Source: Candidatus Fermentibacteraceae bacterium (GTDB lineage Bacteria > Fermentibacterota > Fermentibacteria > Fermentibacterales > JCC-6). From it: a stretch of DNA of 19,498 bases. The notes below the pieces were generated by a model. It saw only the letters and a list, made by a program, of their open reading frames with translations, was not told where the DNA came from and made no database searches. The translations under genes and the position numbers were made by a program. Each line of letters starts with the position of its first letter. The first letter of the stretch is position 1. Location of the stretch: NCBI GenBank assembly GCA_041686025.1, contig JAWLEP010000045.1:1-19498 (forward strand). The letters are read 5' to 3'. Of the stretch, positions 1 through 7,466 are shown one piece after another.

Positions 1-10
1 GAGGATGAGC

Positions 11-1081
11 ATGGATCGCAGTCTGAGACGGATAGTTCCGGCGGCCGCCGCCCTGCTGCTGGCCGCCTGCGGCCCCGGAGGAGGGCCGAGGGAGGAGGAG
101 GGCCCTGTCCCCGTTGCCGTAAAGGAGATGACGCCGGAGCTGATCACCGAGGAGGTCTACGCGGCAACCAGGCTCGAGGGCACGGACGAGGCCCTGATAT
201 ACCCCGCCATGGGTGGCCGGATCCAGGAGGTCCTGGTAACAGAGGGCGACAGCGTCACCTCGGGCCAGCACCTGGTCCGCCTGACCACCGACCGCCAGGT
301 AACCGCCGGAGTCACCACCGCACAGGCCGCCATAGCGGCGGCCATGGCAAACCTGGACAACGCCCGGAAGAGCTACGACCGGATCCGCTCCCTGTACGAG
401 GCCGGAGCGGTGAGCGAGCAGCAGGTGGACGGAGCAGAGGCCGCCCTGGAATCGGCGCAGGCGCAGCTGCAGCAGGCCTACGCCGGAAACCAGCAGGCCC
501 TGAGCACCAGGGCAAACGCCTACATCGACGCACCATTCGATGGTCGCATAGGCCGCATCTGGGCCCAGGAAGGCAACATGGCCGGGGGAGAGCCCATTCT
601 CTCCATCGCCAACTCCTCCGCCCTCACGGCCAAGGTGCTTCTGCCGGAGCGGCATCTGCCGCAGCTGCGGGAGAACCTGCCGGCATACGTCTCCATTACG
701 GCCTACGACGGCAGGAACTACCCCGGCGTGGTCAGCTCGGCCGCCAGGTCGGTGGACCCGGTCTCCGGACTGGTTTCGGTCCGCATAGCGCTGGACAACT
801 CCGGGGGCGACCTGATGCCGGGAATGACCGGAAGGGCCGCGGTGGCGGTGCAGACGGCCGAGCAGGCTCTCGTGGTCCCGGAGATCGCCCTTCGCCGCAC
901 CGGCGACGGCTTCGATGTGGTGGTGGTCCGCGACGGCGCCGCCCGGGTGGTCCCGGTGGAGACGGGAATATCCAACCGCGGCCGCGTGGAGGTGACCTCC
1001 GGCCTGGAGCCGGGGGACCTGGTGGTAGTGGAGGGGCAGTTCAGGGTCTCCGACGGCGACAGTGTGGAGGTCATAGGCTAG
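11..1081 (+). CDS. Efflux RND transporter periplasmic adaptor (membrane fusion protein), lipoprotein
   Basis: Lipobox LLLAAC; lipoyl-like half motifs (GGRIQEVLVTEGDSVTSGQ, IDAPFDGRI); helical hairpin (YDRIRSLYEAGAVSEQQVD); C-terminal GLEPGDLVVVEG. GAGG at 1-4 favours ATG at 11 over ATG at 5. Confidence 0.93.
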   Translation: MDRSLRRIVPAAAALLLAACGPGGGPREEEGPVPVAVKEMTPELITEEVYAATRLEGTDEALIYPAMGGRIQEVLVTEGDSVTSGQHLVRLTTDRQVTAGVTTAQAAIAAAMANLDNARKSYDRIRSLYEAGAVSEQQVDGAEAALESAQAQLQQAYAGNQQALSTRANAYIDAPFDGRIGRIWAQEGNMAGGEPILSIANSSALTAKVLLPERHLPQLRENLPAYVSITAYDGRNYPGVVSSAARSVDPVSGLVSVRIALDNSGGDLMPGMTGRAAVAVQTAEQALVVPEIALRRTGDGFDVVVVRDGAARVVPVETGISNRGRVEVTSGLEPGDLVVVEGQFRVSDGDSVEVIG

Positions 1082-1090
1082 CGGGCGGGC

Positions 1091-1119
1091 TTGCCCTCCG
1101 GCAGCGGGCCGGGTACGAT
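1091..1119 (+). promoter_or_regulatory. Putative sigma70-type promoter for the cNMP/oxidoreductase pair
   Basis: TTGCCC (1091-1096), 17-nt spacer, TACGAT (1114-1119), about 50 nt upstream of the GTG at 1171. Confidence 0.45.
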
Positions 1120-1170
1120 TGTACTCTGCGGTAGTAAGATGGGCGCAACAACAGATGGAAGGAGCTGCCT

Positions 1171-1659
1171 GTGTCGAATCTGTTTTTCTCGGTTCTGGAG
1201 CCCTCTGAGAAGGAGACCTTCCTGGGAGGGTGCGAGGAGGTCGGTTTCAGGGCCGGAGACGTTATCGTCAAGAAGGGCGAGGAGTCCACGGACCTGTTCG
1301 TGGTGAAGTCGGGCAAGGCCAAGGCCGTTGACGAGTGGGACGAGGACGAGGTGCCGCTGGCCGTCTTCGACGAGGGCGACGTCTTCGGCGAGATGTCCTT
1401 CATCTACGAGGGCCCACGGTCGGCCACGGTGATCGCTTCCGAGGACCTGTCCCTGTACAAGATGAGCAAGGAGCGCTTCGTCCACTTCATGGTGGAGGAG
1501 CCGTTCGTGGCCGCCAGGTTCCTCTACGGCCTCAGCAAGGTCCTGATACAGCGCCTGCGCTTCGCCGACGAGGCCTTCACCACCGTAGCCGTGATGAACC
1601 GCGAGCTGAAGGAGAAGACCGAGAGGCTCAAGCAGTCGTTCATCGGCAACCCGGGCTGA
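1171..1659 (+). CDS. Stand-alone cyclic-nucleotide-binding domain protein (Crp-like sensor domain, no HTH)
   Basis: FRAGDVIVKKGEESTDLFVVKSG and phosphate-binding cassette GDVFGEMSFIYEGPRSATV; GTG start with GGAAGGAG RBS; 162 aa with no C-terminal DNA-binding domain. Confidence 0.9.
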   Translation: MSNLFFSVLEPSEKETFLGGCEEVGFRAGDVIVKKGEESTDLFVVKSGKAKAVDEWDEDEVPLAVFDEGDVFGEMSFIYEGPRSATVIASEDLSLYKMSKERFVHFMVEEPFVAARFLYGLSKVLIQRLRFADEAFTTVAVMNRELKEKTERLKQSFIGNPG

Positions 1660-2285
1660 TGCGGGCCCGCCGGTGGTGCCTGTCCGTCCTGATTCTGGCC
1701 TCGCTGGCCTGCGGACAGGACGACTACGGTGACAGGGTACCCCCGGGCCAGCGGGTGCTGGAGGACGAGTTTCCCGTGTTCTCCTTCCGGGGGAACCGGA
1801 ACCTGACCACCGACGACTGGGAGCTGCGGATCTGGGGGGCGGTGGAGCGCGACACCACGCTGGGCTGGGAGGAGTTCGGCCTCCTTCCCTGCACCACCCG
1901 GGTGGAGGACTTCCACTGCGTCACCGGCTGGTCCCGGCTGGGCGACAGCTGGACCGGAGTGGAAGGCTCGGTACTCATGGAGCTGGCCCGGCCGGACAGC
2001 GCCGCCGTGTCGGTGATGGTCCACTGCGCCGACGGCTACACCACCAACGTGCTCCTGGAGGACTTCCTCGAACCCGGGGTGATGCTGGTCACCGAGTTCA
2101 ACGGAAGGCCCCTGACAGCGGAGCACGGCTACCCGGTGAGGCTGATAGTGCCCCACCTCTACGCCTGGAAGGCGGCCAAGTGGGTCACCGGCCTGGAGCT
2201 GCGGGAGAGCGACGACCCAGGCTACTGGGAGTCCCACGGCTACCACATGCGCGGCGACCCCTGGCGGGAGCAGCGCTACAACTAG
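1659..2285 (+). CDS. Molybdopterin-dependent oxidoreductase, sulfite oxidase family (YuiH/MsrP-like catalytic domain), with N-terminal signal peptide
   Basis: RVPPGQ, DFHCVTGWS (Mo-ligating Cys), HGYPVRLIVPHLYAWKAAKW, GYWE..GYH..GDPW. ATG at 1659 overlaps the upstream TGA (TGATG), so the longer ORF call from 1335 is an over-extension. Confidence 0.9.
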   Translation: MRARRWCLSVLILASLACGQDDYGDRVPPGQRVLEDEFPVFSFRGNRNLTTDDWELRIWGAVERDTTLGWEEFGLLPCTTRVEDFHCVTGWSRLGDSWTGVEGSVLMELARPDSAAVSVMVHCADGYTTNVLLEDFLEPGVMLVTEFNGRPLTAEHGYPVRLIVPHLYAWKAAKWVTGLELRESDDPGYWESHGYHMRGDPWREQRYN

Positions 2286-2287
2286 AA

Positions 2288-2375
2288 CAGGGTCAGACGT
2301 CAACTAGTCAACTATTTTTGTTCTCACCAGCCGATGCAGGTGCACAAATAGTTGACTAGTTGACGTCTGACCCTG
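2288..2375. repeat. Perfect 30-bp inverted repeat pair (REP/REPIN-like doublet) with 28-bp spacer
   Basis: CAGGGTCAGACGTCAACTAGTCAACTATTT at 2288-2317 is the exact reverse complement of AAATAGTTGACTAGTTGACGTCTGACCCTG at 2346-2375; lies at a convergent gene junction. Confidence 0.95.
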
Positions 2376-3564
2376 ATTTGCGGCGGCGCAGGAAGTCCTC
2401 CCACTCCCGGGACAGTATGGCGGCCAGGGGAATGCCCAGCAGGATGCCCACTACGCCCAGGAGCCGGCCGAAGATGCCAATGCTCAGTATCACCACCACC
2501 GGATGGAGGCCCACCTTGCGGCCCACAATCCTGGGGGCCAGAAAGTTGCCCTCCAGGACGTTGATGGCCGCCAGTCCCGCCCACAGGAAGAAGAGCGTGG
2601 TCCAGCCGTTCCCGGTGGCCATGGCCACCAGCAGGATCAGCACCGCGGTGAGCCAGAAGCCCACGATGGGGACGATGTTCAGCAGGCCCGCCAGCAGCGC
2701 CAGCAGGAACGCAATCTCTATTCCGAAGGACAGAAGAAGCCCCAGGGTCAGCAGGAAGACTATGGAGCTGGTTATCAGATAACCCCGCAGGAAGCTGCGC
2801 AGTATGCCGTTGATCCGGCTCATGCGCTCCCCCAGGAACCTGTTCACCGAATCGGGCAGGTAGCGCTCCCGGAAGCCGTGCCTGAGGATGTTGTAGTCCT
2901 TCATCAGGTAGTAGAAGAACAGCAGGGTGATCAGCACCCCCAGGGCCCCGGTGAGAACGCCCCCCACGCTGGACAGCAGAGACCGGGACAGCTGGGGAAT
3001 CCTCTGCGTGATCTGCTCCACGGCGTCCACCGCCCCCCGCACCAGGGCCCCGGTGATGCCGGTGCCTTCGGAGAGGCCGCGGAGATCTTCGCTGATGTAG
3101 GTCTCCGCCCGGTCCACCAGGTTTACCAGCTCGTCGGACTGCCTGATCAGGAGGCTGCCGATCTGGGCCCCTATCAGCCCGATCAGGGCCAGTATCAGCA
3201 GGCTCAGGACAAGGGCCACAGCCGGGCTGCGGAGACGCAGGAACCCCCACTTCCTGGTGGCTGCAGAAAGCCACCTGGCAAGGGGGGCGAAAATGTAGGC
3301 CAGGGCCAGGGCGGCGAAGAGCGGCGCCAGGAGGTCGGAGACCTCGCTCAGGGCCCATATGAAACCCACCGTGGCCAGGGCCAGGAGTACCCGTGAGACG
3401 GCGGTATTGTCCCTGTACGGCCACAGCAGCAGGGCGGAGACGCCCAGCAGGATCAGGGGGTGCCAGACCGACCTGGCGCTGTAGAGTAGCGCCGCGCCCA
3501 GCAGGACCGACAGGGCCATGAGGACGTAGTCCCAGCGCTGCTTCGGTCTCTGTTCCGGACTCAA
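2356..3564 (-). CDS. AI-2E family (PerM/TqsA-like) transporter
   Basis: Multi-TM protein with LAYIFAP, LLNIVPIVG, LEGNFLAPRIVGRKVGLHPVVVILSIGIFG, GILLGIPLAA. Probable TTG start at 3564 after AAGGAGG RBS, overlapping the upstream TGA. Confidence 0.92.
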   Translation of the reverse strand: MSPEQRPKQRWDYVLMALSVLLGAALLYSARSVWHPLILLGVSALLLWPYRDNTAVSRVLLALATVGFIWALSEVSDLLAPLFAALALAYIFAPLARWLSAATRKWGFLRLRSPAVALVLSLLILALIGLIGAQIGSLLIRQSDELVNLVDRAETYISEDLRGLSEGTGITGALVRGAVDAVEQITQRIPQLSRSLLSSVGGVLTGALGVLITLLFFYYLMKDYNILRHGFRERYLPDSVNRFLGERMSRINGILRSFLRGYLITSSIVFLLTLGLLLSFGIEIAFLLALLAGLLNIVPIVGFWLTAVLILLVAMATGNGWTTLFFLWAGLAAINVLEGNFLAPRIVGRKVGLHPVVVILSIGIFGRLLGVVGILLGIPLAAILSREWEDFLRRRKSGSDVN

Positions 3565-4391
3565 CGGGAAACCCTCCTTCCGGCGGTGACCGGCAGGACC
3601 TTCTGCCAGACATCCTCCACCCGGTGGTAGCCTGCGATCTCCAGCTGGATATCCTCTCCCGGCCACTCCTCGAACCTCACGGTCCTGGCACCGGCCACGG
3701 CCAGTGCCGTCTCCAGCGGGCGCAGCAGGTCGGCGGGCCCGGTGCCCTCCCCGACGGGCCTCAGACCCCTTACCGTGACTATCCTGTCCCCCTCCAGGTC
3801 CAGCTCCGCCAGGACGCGGTCCCCGGCCCGGAGGACTGCGGGCCCGTCATCGGCGCCGGCGACCCTGGGAAGCGCCCTGGCCGCCTCCCGCCGGGCGGCC
3901 CGCCTCATCAGAACCAGGACGGCGGCGTAGAGCAGCAGGAACAGAGCCACGGCCGGAACGGTTCGGACGCCCACCGTCAGGGTCATGGCCAGCATGGCGG
4001 CTCCATGGACCAGAAGCAGCGCTCCGAAGGCCAGGTTGATCCGTTCGATCATCCCGCCCCCGGAGGGAAGCAGGGGCATGCGCCGGGCGTAGCGGGCCAG
4101 GAGCGGCCTTCCCGCCAGGGAGCTGGCCAGGAGGGCGGCCCCGCCCGCCAGCTCCAGCAGCATCACTCCCGCCCCGGCCGTGCCCAGGAGCATCGCCGCG
4201 TAGTCCACCGCTCCCAGTGCCGCCCCCTCCGCCAGCAGGAAGGGCTCCCTCTTCCCCGCAGCCAGCAGGACCAGGAACTCCGCCAGAGCCAGGCCGCCGA
4301 TGGCGGCCGAGGAAACCGGAGGGTCCAGCACCAGATCGGATGCCAGGTAGCCCACCAGGACGGCGGCTCCGGCCCAGGTCTCCGCCCTCAT
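3561..4391 (-). CDS. Hypothetical membrane protein: about 6 TM N-terminus (YciB/septation-protein-like?) plus soluble C-terminal domain
   Basis: ATG at 4391 overlaps the radical SAM stop (ATGA) and its own stop overlaps the AI-2E start; several hydrophobic segments with a GRPLL motif; polar C-terminal ~100 aa. Family resemblance is tentative. Confidence 0.7.
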   Translation of the reverse strand: MRAETWAGAAVLVGYLASDLVLDPPVSSAAIGGLALAEFLVLLAAGKREPFLLAEGAALGAVDYAAMLLGTAGAGVMLLELAGGAALLASSLAGRPLLARYARRMPLLPSGGGMIERINLAFGALLLVHGAAMLAMTLTVGVRTVPAVALFLLLYAAVLVLMRRAARREAARALPRVAGADDGPAVLRAGDRVLAELDLEGDRIVTVRGLRPVGEGTGPADLLRPLETALAVAGARTVRFEEWPGEDIQLEIAGYHRVEDVWQKVLPVTAGRRVSR

Positions 4392-5857
4392 CTTCTCAGG
4401 GCGCTCATCAGGGAGTCCAGCAGGTCGCGGGGCAGCCTGCGGGCCGTCATCTCGCCCTTGGTCTCCGACCGGCCGGTGAACACGTTCCACAGCTGCCGCA
4501 GCACCGACAGCGGATGGTGCAGCAGCCTCACCGCGTAGAAGTGCAGGTAGGTGGCCAGCCGGTAGCGGTCCAGCCTTCGGTAGTCGCTTCTCCACACCGG
4601 CGAGAAGCAGAGCTCGTCGATCTCGGTCCAGCCCTGCAGTGAGGGCTCATCCATGGCTGCGGTGGCGGGAAAGGGAGTCAGCACGGGCATCACCATCTCG
4701 TCGACGCCCACCCGGGCCAGCCTGCGGACGTAGGCCCTGGTCTCCCGGCGGTCGGACTCGGTCTCCCCCGGGTAGCCGGCCACGAAGAAGGTGCAGGTCC
4801 GCATACCCAGGCTGCGGGCCTGGCGCACCAGCCGGGGCACCAGCTCGATGTTGGCCGTCTTGTTCATCAGCTCCAGGACCCGCCGGGAGCCGGTCTCGGG
4901 GGACATGGAGATGTAGCGGCAGCCGGCGGCGGCCAGCAGCTCCAGCATGCTCTCGTCCAGGGTCTCCATCTTCACCCCGGAGGGGAAGCAGAAGGTCACC
5001 GGCGGGTCCAGCTCCGCCAGCCGGCGGCAGATCTCCTCCGCACGTTTCCGGTCCACGCCGAAGTTCTCGTCCTGTATGTGGAAGTCCCTCACGCCGTAGG
5101 TCTCCATGTGGTGGCGGATCTCCTGAAGCACCCGCGCAGGCGACTTGGCCAGCCAGCGGCGGCCGCACATCTCGGGAGCCTGGCAGAAGGCGCAGTCGTA
5201 GGGACACCCGCGGCTGGTGAGGATGTTCATGTAGGGCTCCCGCACCGGCCCGTGGCCGTAGCCCAGCTTCCAGTAGGCCTGCAGGTCAACCAGGTCCACG
5301 GCGGCGAAAGGCATGGAGTCCAGGTCCACCGTGTACTTCGACTCCCGGGGGTTGCAGAAGCTCCTGCCGGCCACGCCCTCCTGGCCGGAAGGGTCATCCC
5401 CGGCCTCCAGGGCCCGCAGCAGCCGGGGCAGCCTGCGCTCCCCCTCCCCCATCACCACGTAGTCCGCCCCCGCTTCCACGAACTCCCGGGGCAGGAACGT
5501 GGCGTGGTAGCCTCCCACTATTACGGGAAGCTCGGGGTGAAGGGCCTTGATCTCACGGGTCATGGCGGCGCTCATGGTGTGCTCGGCGGCGCAGTGCACC
5601 GAGATGCCCACGGCTGTGACGCTGGGGTCCACCCGCCGGGCGGCCTCTTCGGGCCGCAGCCCCCGGGCCCGCCAGCGACGGCGGAATCTGTAGAAGCGGT
5701 GGGGGTCCTCGCCGTAGCAGTCCAGCAGGTCCACTTCCACTCCCTGCTCCCGCACCGCCGCCGCCAGGTAGCAGAGTCCGGATGGTATTCCCGGTATGCT
5801 GCCGTAGAAGTCGGCCCTGAGGTGCACCACCGGAGGGCGTATCAGCAGCAGGCGCAA
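4388..5857 (-). CDS. Cobalamin-binding radical SAM enzyme (class B methyltransferase-like) #1
   Basis: N-terminal B12-binding features (PSGLCYLAA, IVGGYHAT, DYVVMGEGE); TSRGCPYDCAFC CxxxCxxC; FHIQDENF; PETGS; GYPGET. Probable TTG start at 5857 with GGAG RBS. Confidence 0.93.
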   Translation of the reverse strand: MRLLLIRPPVVHLRADFYGSIPGIPSGLCYLAAAVREQGVEVDLLDCYGEDPHRFYRFRRRWRARGLRPEEAARRVDPSVTAVGISVHCAAEHTMSAAMTREIKALHPELPVIVGGYHATFLPREFVEAGADYVVMGEGERRLPRLLRALEAGDDPSGQEGVAGRSFCNPRESKYTVDLDSMPFAAVDLVDLQAYWKLGYGHGPVREPYMNILTSRGCPYDCAFCQAPEMCGRRWLAKSPARVLQEIRHHMETYGVRDFHIQDENFGVDRKRAEEICRRLAELDPPVTFCFPSGVKMETLDESMLELLAAAGCRYISMSPETGSRRVLELMNKTANIELVPRLVRQARSLGMRTCTFFVAGYPGETESDRRETRAYVRRLARVGVDEMVMPVLTPFPATAAMDEPSLQGWTEIDELCFSPVWRSDYRRLDRYRLATYLHFYAVRLLHHPLSVLRQLWNVFTGRSETKGEMTARRLPRDLLDSLMSALRR

Positions 5858-5862
5858 GGCCC

Positions 5863-7344
5863 CTACTCCCCGCCCTCGGCCGCGCTGGCGGGCTCGGTCC
5901 CGTCGCAGGGCTTCTCGTACTCGGCGGTGGCCAGCAGCAGGAACCCCTTCACGTACTTCCAGAGGTCCAGGGGGGTGCGTATGCTGCGGATCTTCTTCCA
6001 TATCAGGCCCGGCCGCAGGTAGAACCTGCGGTGGCCGGTCTGGATCAGGTAGCGTATCTGCTCCTCGGTCATTCCCTCGGGGACGAAGGAGACGTTCTTG
6101 AAGTTGAACCGGTCCTTCGTGAACTTGGCCGGCTGTATCTCGCCCTCCATCAGCCGGCGGTAGACCTCGGTGCCCGGCAGCGGCGTGAGGTTTACGAACA
6201 CAGCGTAGTCCAGGTCCAGGGAGAGGGCGAACTCGATGGTCTGCAGACCCTCCTCGAAGGTCTCTCCCGGAATGCCGAACATGAAGGTGCCGTAGGCCTC
6301 GATCCCCGCCTCGGACGTCATGGACACCGCCTCGCGGATCTGCTCCAGAGTGGTGCCCTTGCGCAGTGTGTCCAGGTTCTTCTGTACCCCGCTCTCCACC
6401 CCGTAGAGGACGCGCCAGCAGCCGGCCTCCTTCATCTTCTCCAGCAGCGGGCGGCTGATCCTGTCCACCCTGGCGTTCACGGCCCAGTCAACGTGAATGC
6501 CCCGGTGGATCATCTCCTCGCAGAAGGCGAAGGCCCTCTTCTCGGAGAGGGTGAAGGTATCGTCCCAGAAGGCGATGTCGCGGACGCCGTGCTCCCGGTA
6601 CAGCTCCTCGATCTCGTCGGCGATGTTCTCAGCCGACCGCATGCGCACGTGGGGGTCGGTGTGGCAGAAGATACACTGGTACGGGCAGCCCCTGGCGCCG
6701 ATGATGTTGGCGTGGGGCAGGCTCTTGTAGAAGGTGGGCGAGGGCAGGTAGCGGTCCATGTCCACCAGGCCGTGGGCGGGGAAGGGCAGTGTGTCTATGT
6801 CCTCCACCTGTGCCCTGGGAGGGGTGACCACGATGTCTCCGCCCCGGCGGAAGGCCAGGCCCAGCACCTCGGCGGGGTCTCCGCCCTCCTCCAGGGTCCG
6901 GACCAGCTCCCGGAGGGTCAGCTCCCCCTCGCCGTAGACGATGTAGTCGATGCCCCGGGCCTCCTCAAGGCAGCGGCGCCTCCAGAGGGTGGGATGGATG
7001 CCTCCCGCCACCACCACGCTTTGGGGGAAGCGGTCCTTGATCTCGTCTATCATCTCCCGGCCGTTCTCCCAGTCCACGCTGAGGAGGGTCATGCCGATCA
7101 GGTCCGGCTGCAGGTCGTCCAGCTTCTCCAGGACCTTCTCCAGGGAGTAGAAGAGCCCCTCCAGGTAGACTACCTCGTGGCCGTCCTCCTCCAGGAAGGG
7201 GGCCAGGTACAGAAGCGAGGGGGAGGGGACCACGTTCACCTGGGGCGGGATCCTCAGCCAGCGGAACAGGCGCCGCCGCCTGTTCATGAAATCGTGCTGG
7301 TCCTGCTCCCACACCGCCGGCATGGTCATCAGCACTACCTTCAC
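5863..7344 (-). CDS. Cobalamin-binding radical SAM enzyme #2
   Basis: SLLYLAP, VAGGIHPT, DYIVYGEGE, GARGCPYQCIFC, FWDDTFT, YGVESG, GIPGET, TPLPGT; GTG start with AGGAGG RBS. Confidence 0.95.
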   Translation of the reverse strand: MKVVLMTMPAVWEQDQHDFMNRRRRLFRWLRIPPQVNVVPSPSLLYLAPFLEEDGHEVVYLEGLFYSLEKVLEKLDDLQPDLIGMTLLSVDWENGREMIDEIKDRFPQSVVVAGGIHPTLWRRRCLEEARGIDYIVYGEGELTLRELVRTLEEGGDPAEVLGLAFRRGGDIVVTPPRAQVEDIDTLPFPAHGLVDMDRYLPSPTFYKSLPHANIIGARGCPYQCIFCHTDPHVRMRSAENIADEIEELYREHGVRDIAFWDDTFTLSEKRAFAFCEEMIHRGIHVDWAVNARVDRISRPLLEKMKEAGCWRVLYGVESGVQKNLDTLRKGTTLEQIREAVSMTSEAGIEAYGTFMFGIPGETFEEGLQTIEFALSLDLDYAVFVNLTPLPGTEVYRRLMEGEIQPAKFTKDRFNFKNVSFVPEGMTEEQIRYLIQTGHRRFYLRPGLIWKKIRSIRTPLDLWKYVKGFLLLATAEYEKPCDGTEPASAAEGGE

Positions 7345-7428
7345 GCCCGAAACCCTCCTGTCCGGTAGGGGGAATGCAAACCGCTACAATATACAAGGCG
7401 CCGGCCGGCCATCCATCACCCGGCGGGC

Positions 7429-7457
7429 TTGCATCGCCGCCGCCGCTGGGCTATTCT
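7429..7457 (+). promoter_or_regulatory. Putative sigma70-type promoter for the GT2 gene
   Basis: TTGCAT (7429-7434), 17-nt spacer, TATTCT (7452-7457) in the divergent intergenic region. Confidence 0.5.
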
Positions 7458-7466
7458 CAGCGGGTC

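Noticed and set aside
1335..1658. N-terminal extension of the oxidoreductase ORF
   Set aside because: Overlaps the cNMP gene out of frame; the coupled ATG at 1659 gives a sensible signal peptide.
2352..2366. TTGACT/TTGACG in the repeat as outward-facing -35 promoter boxes
   Set aside because: No acceptable -10 hexamer seen at 16-18 nt spacing.
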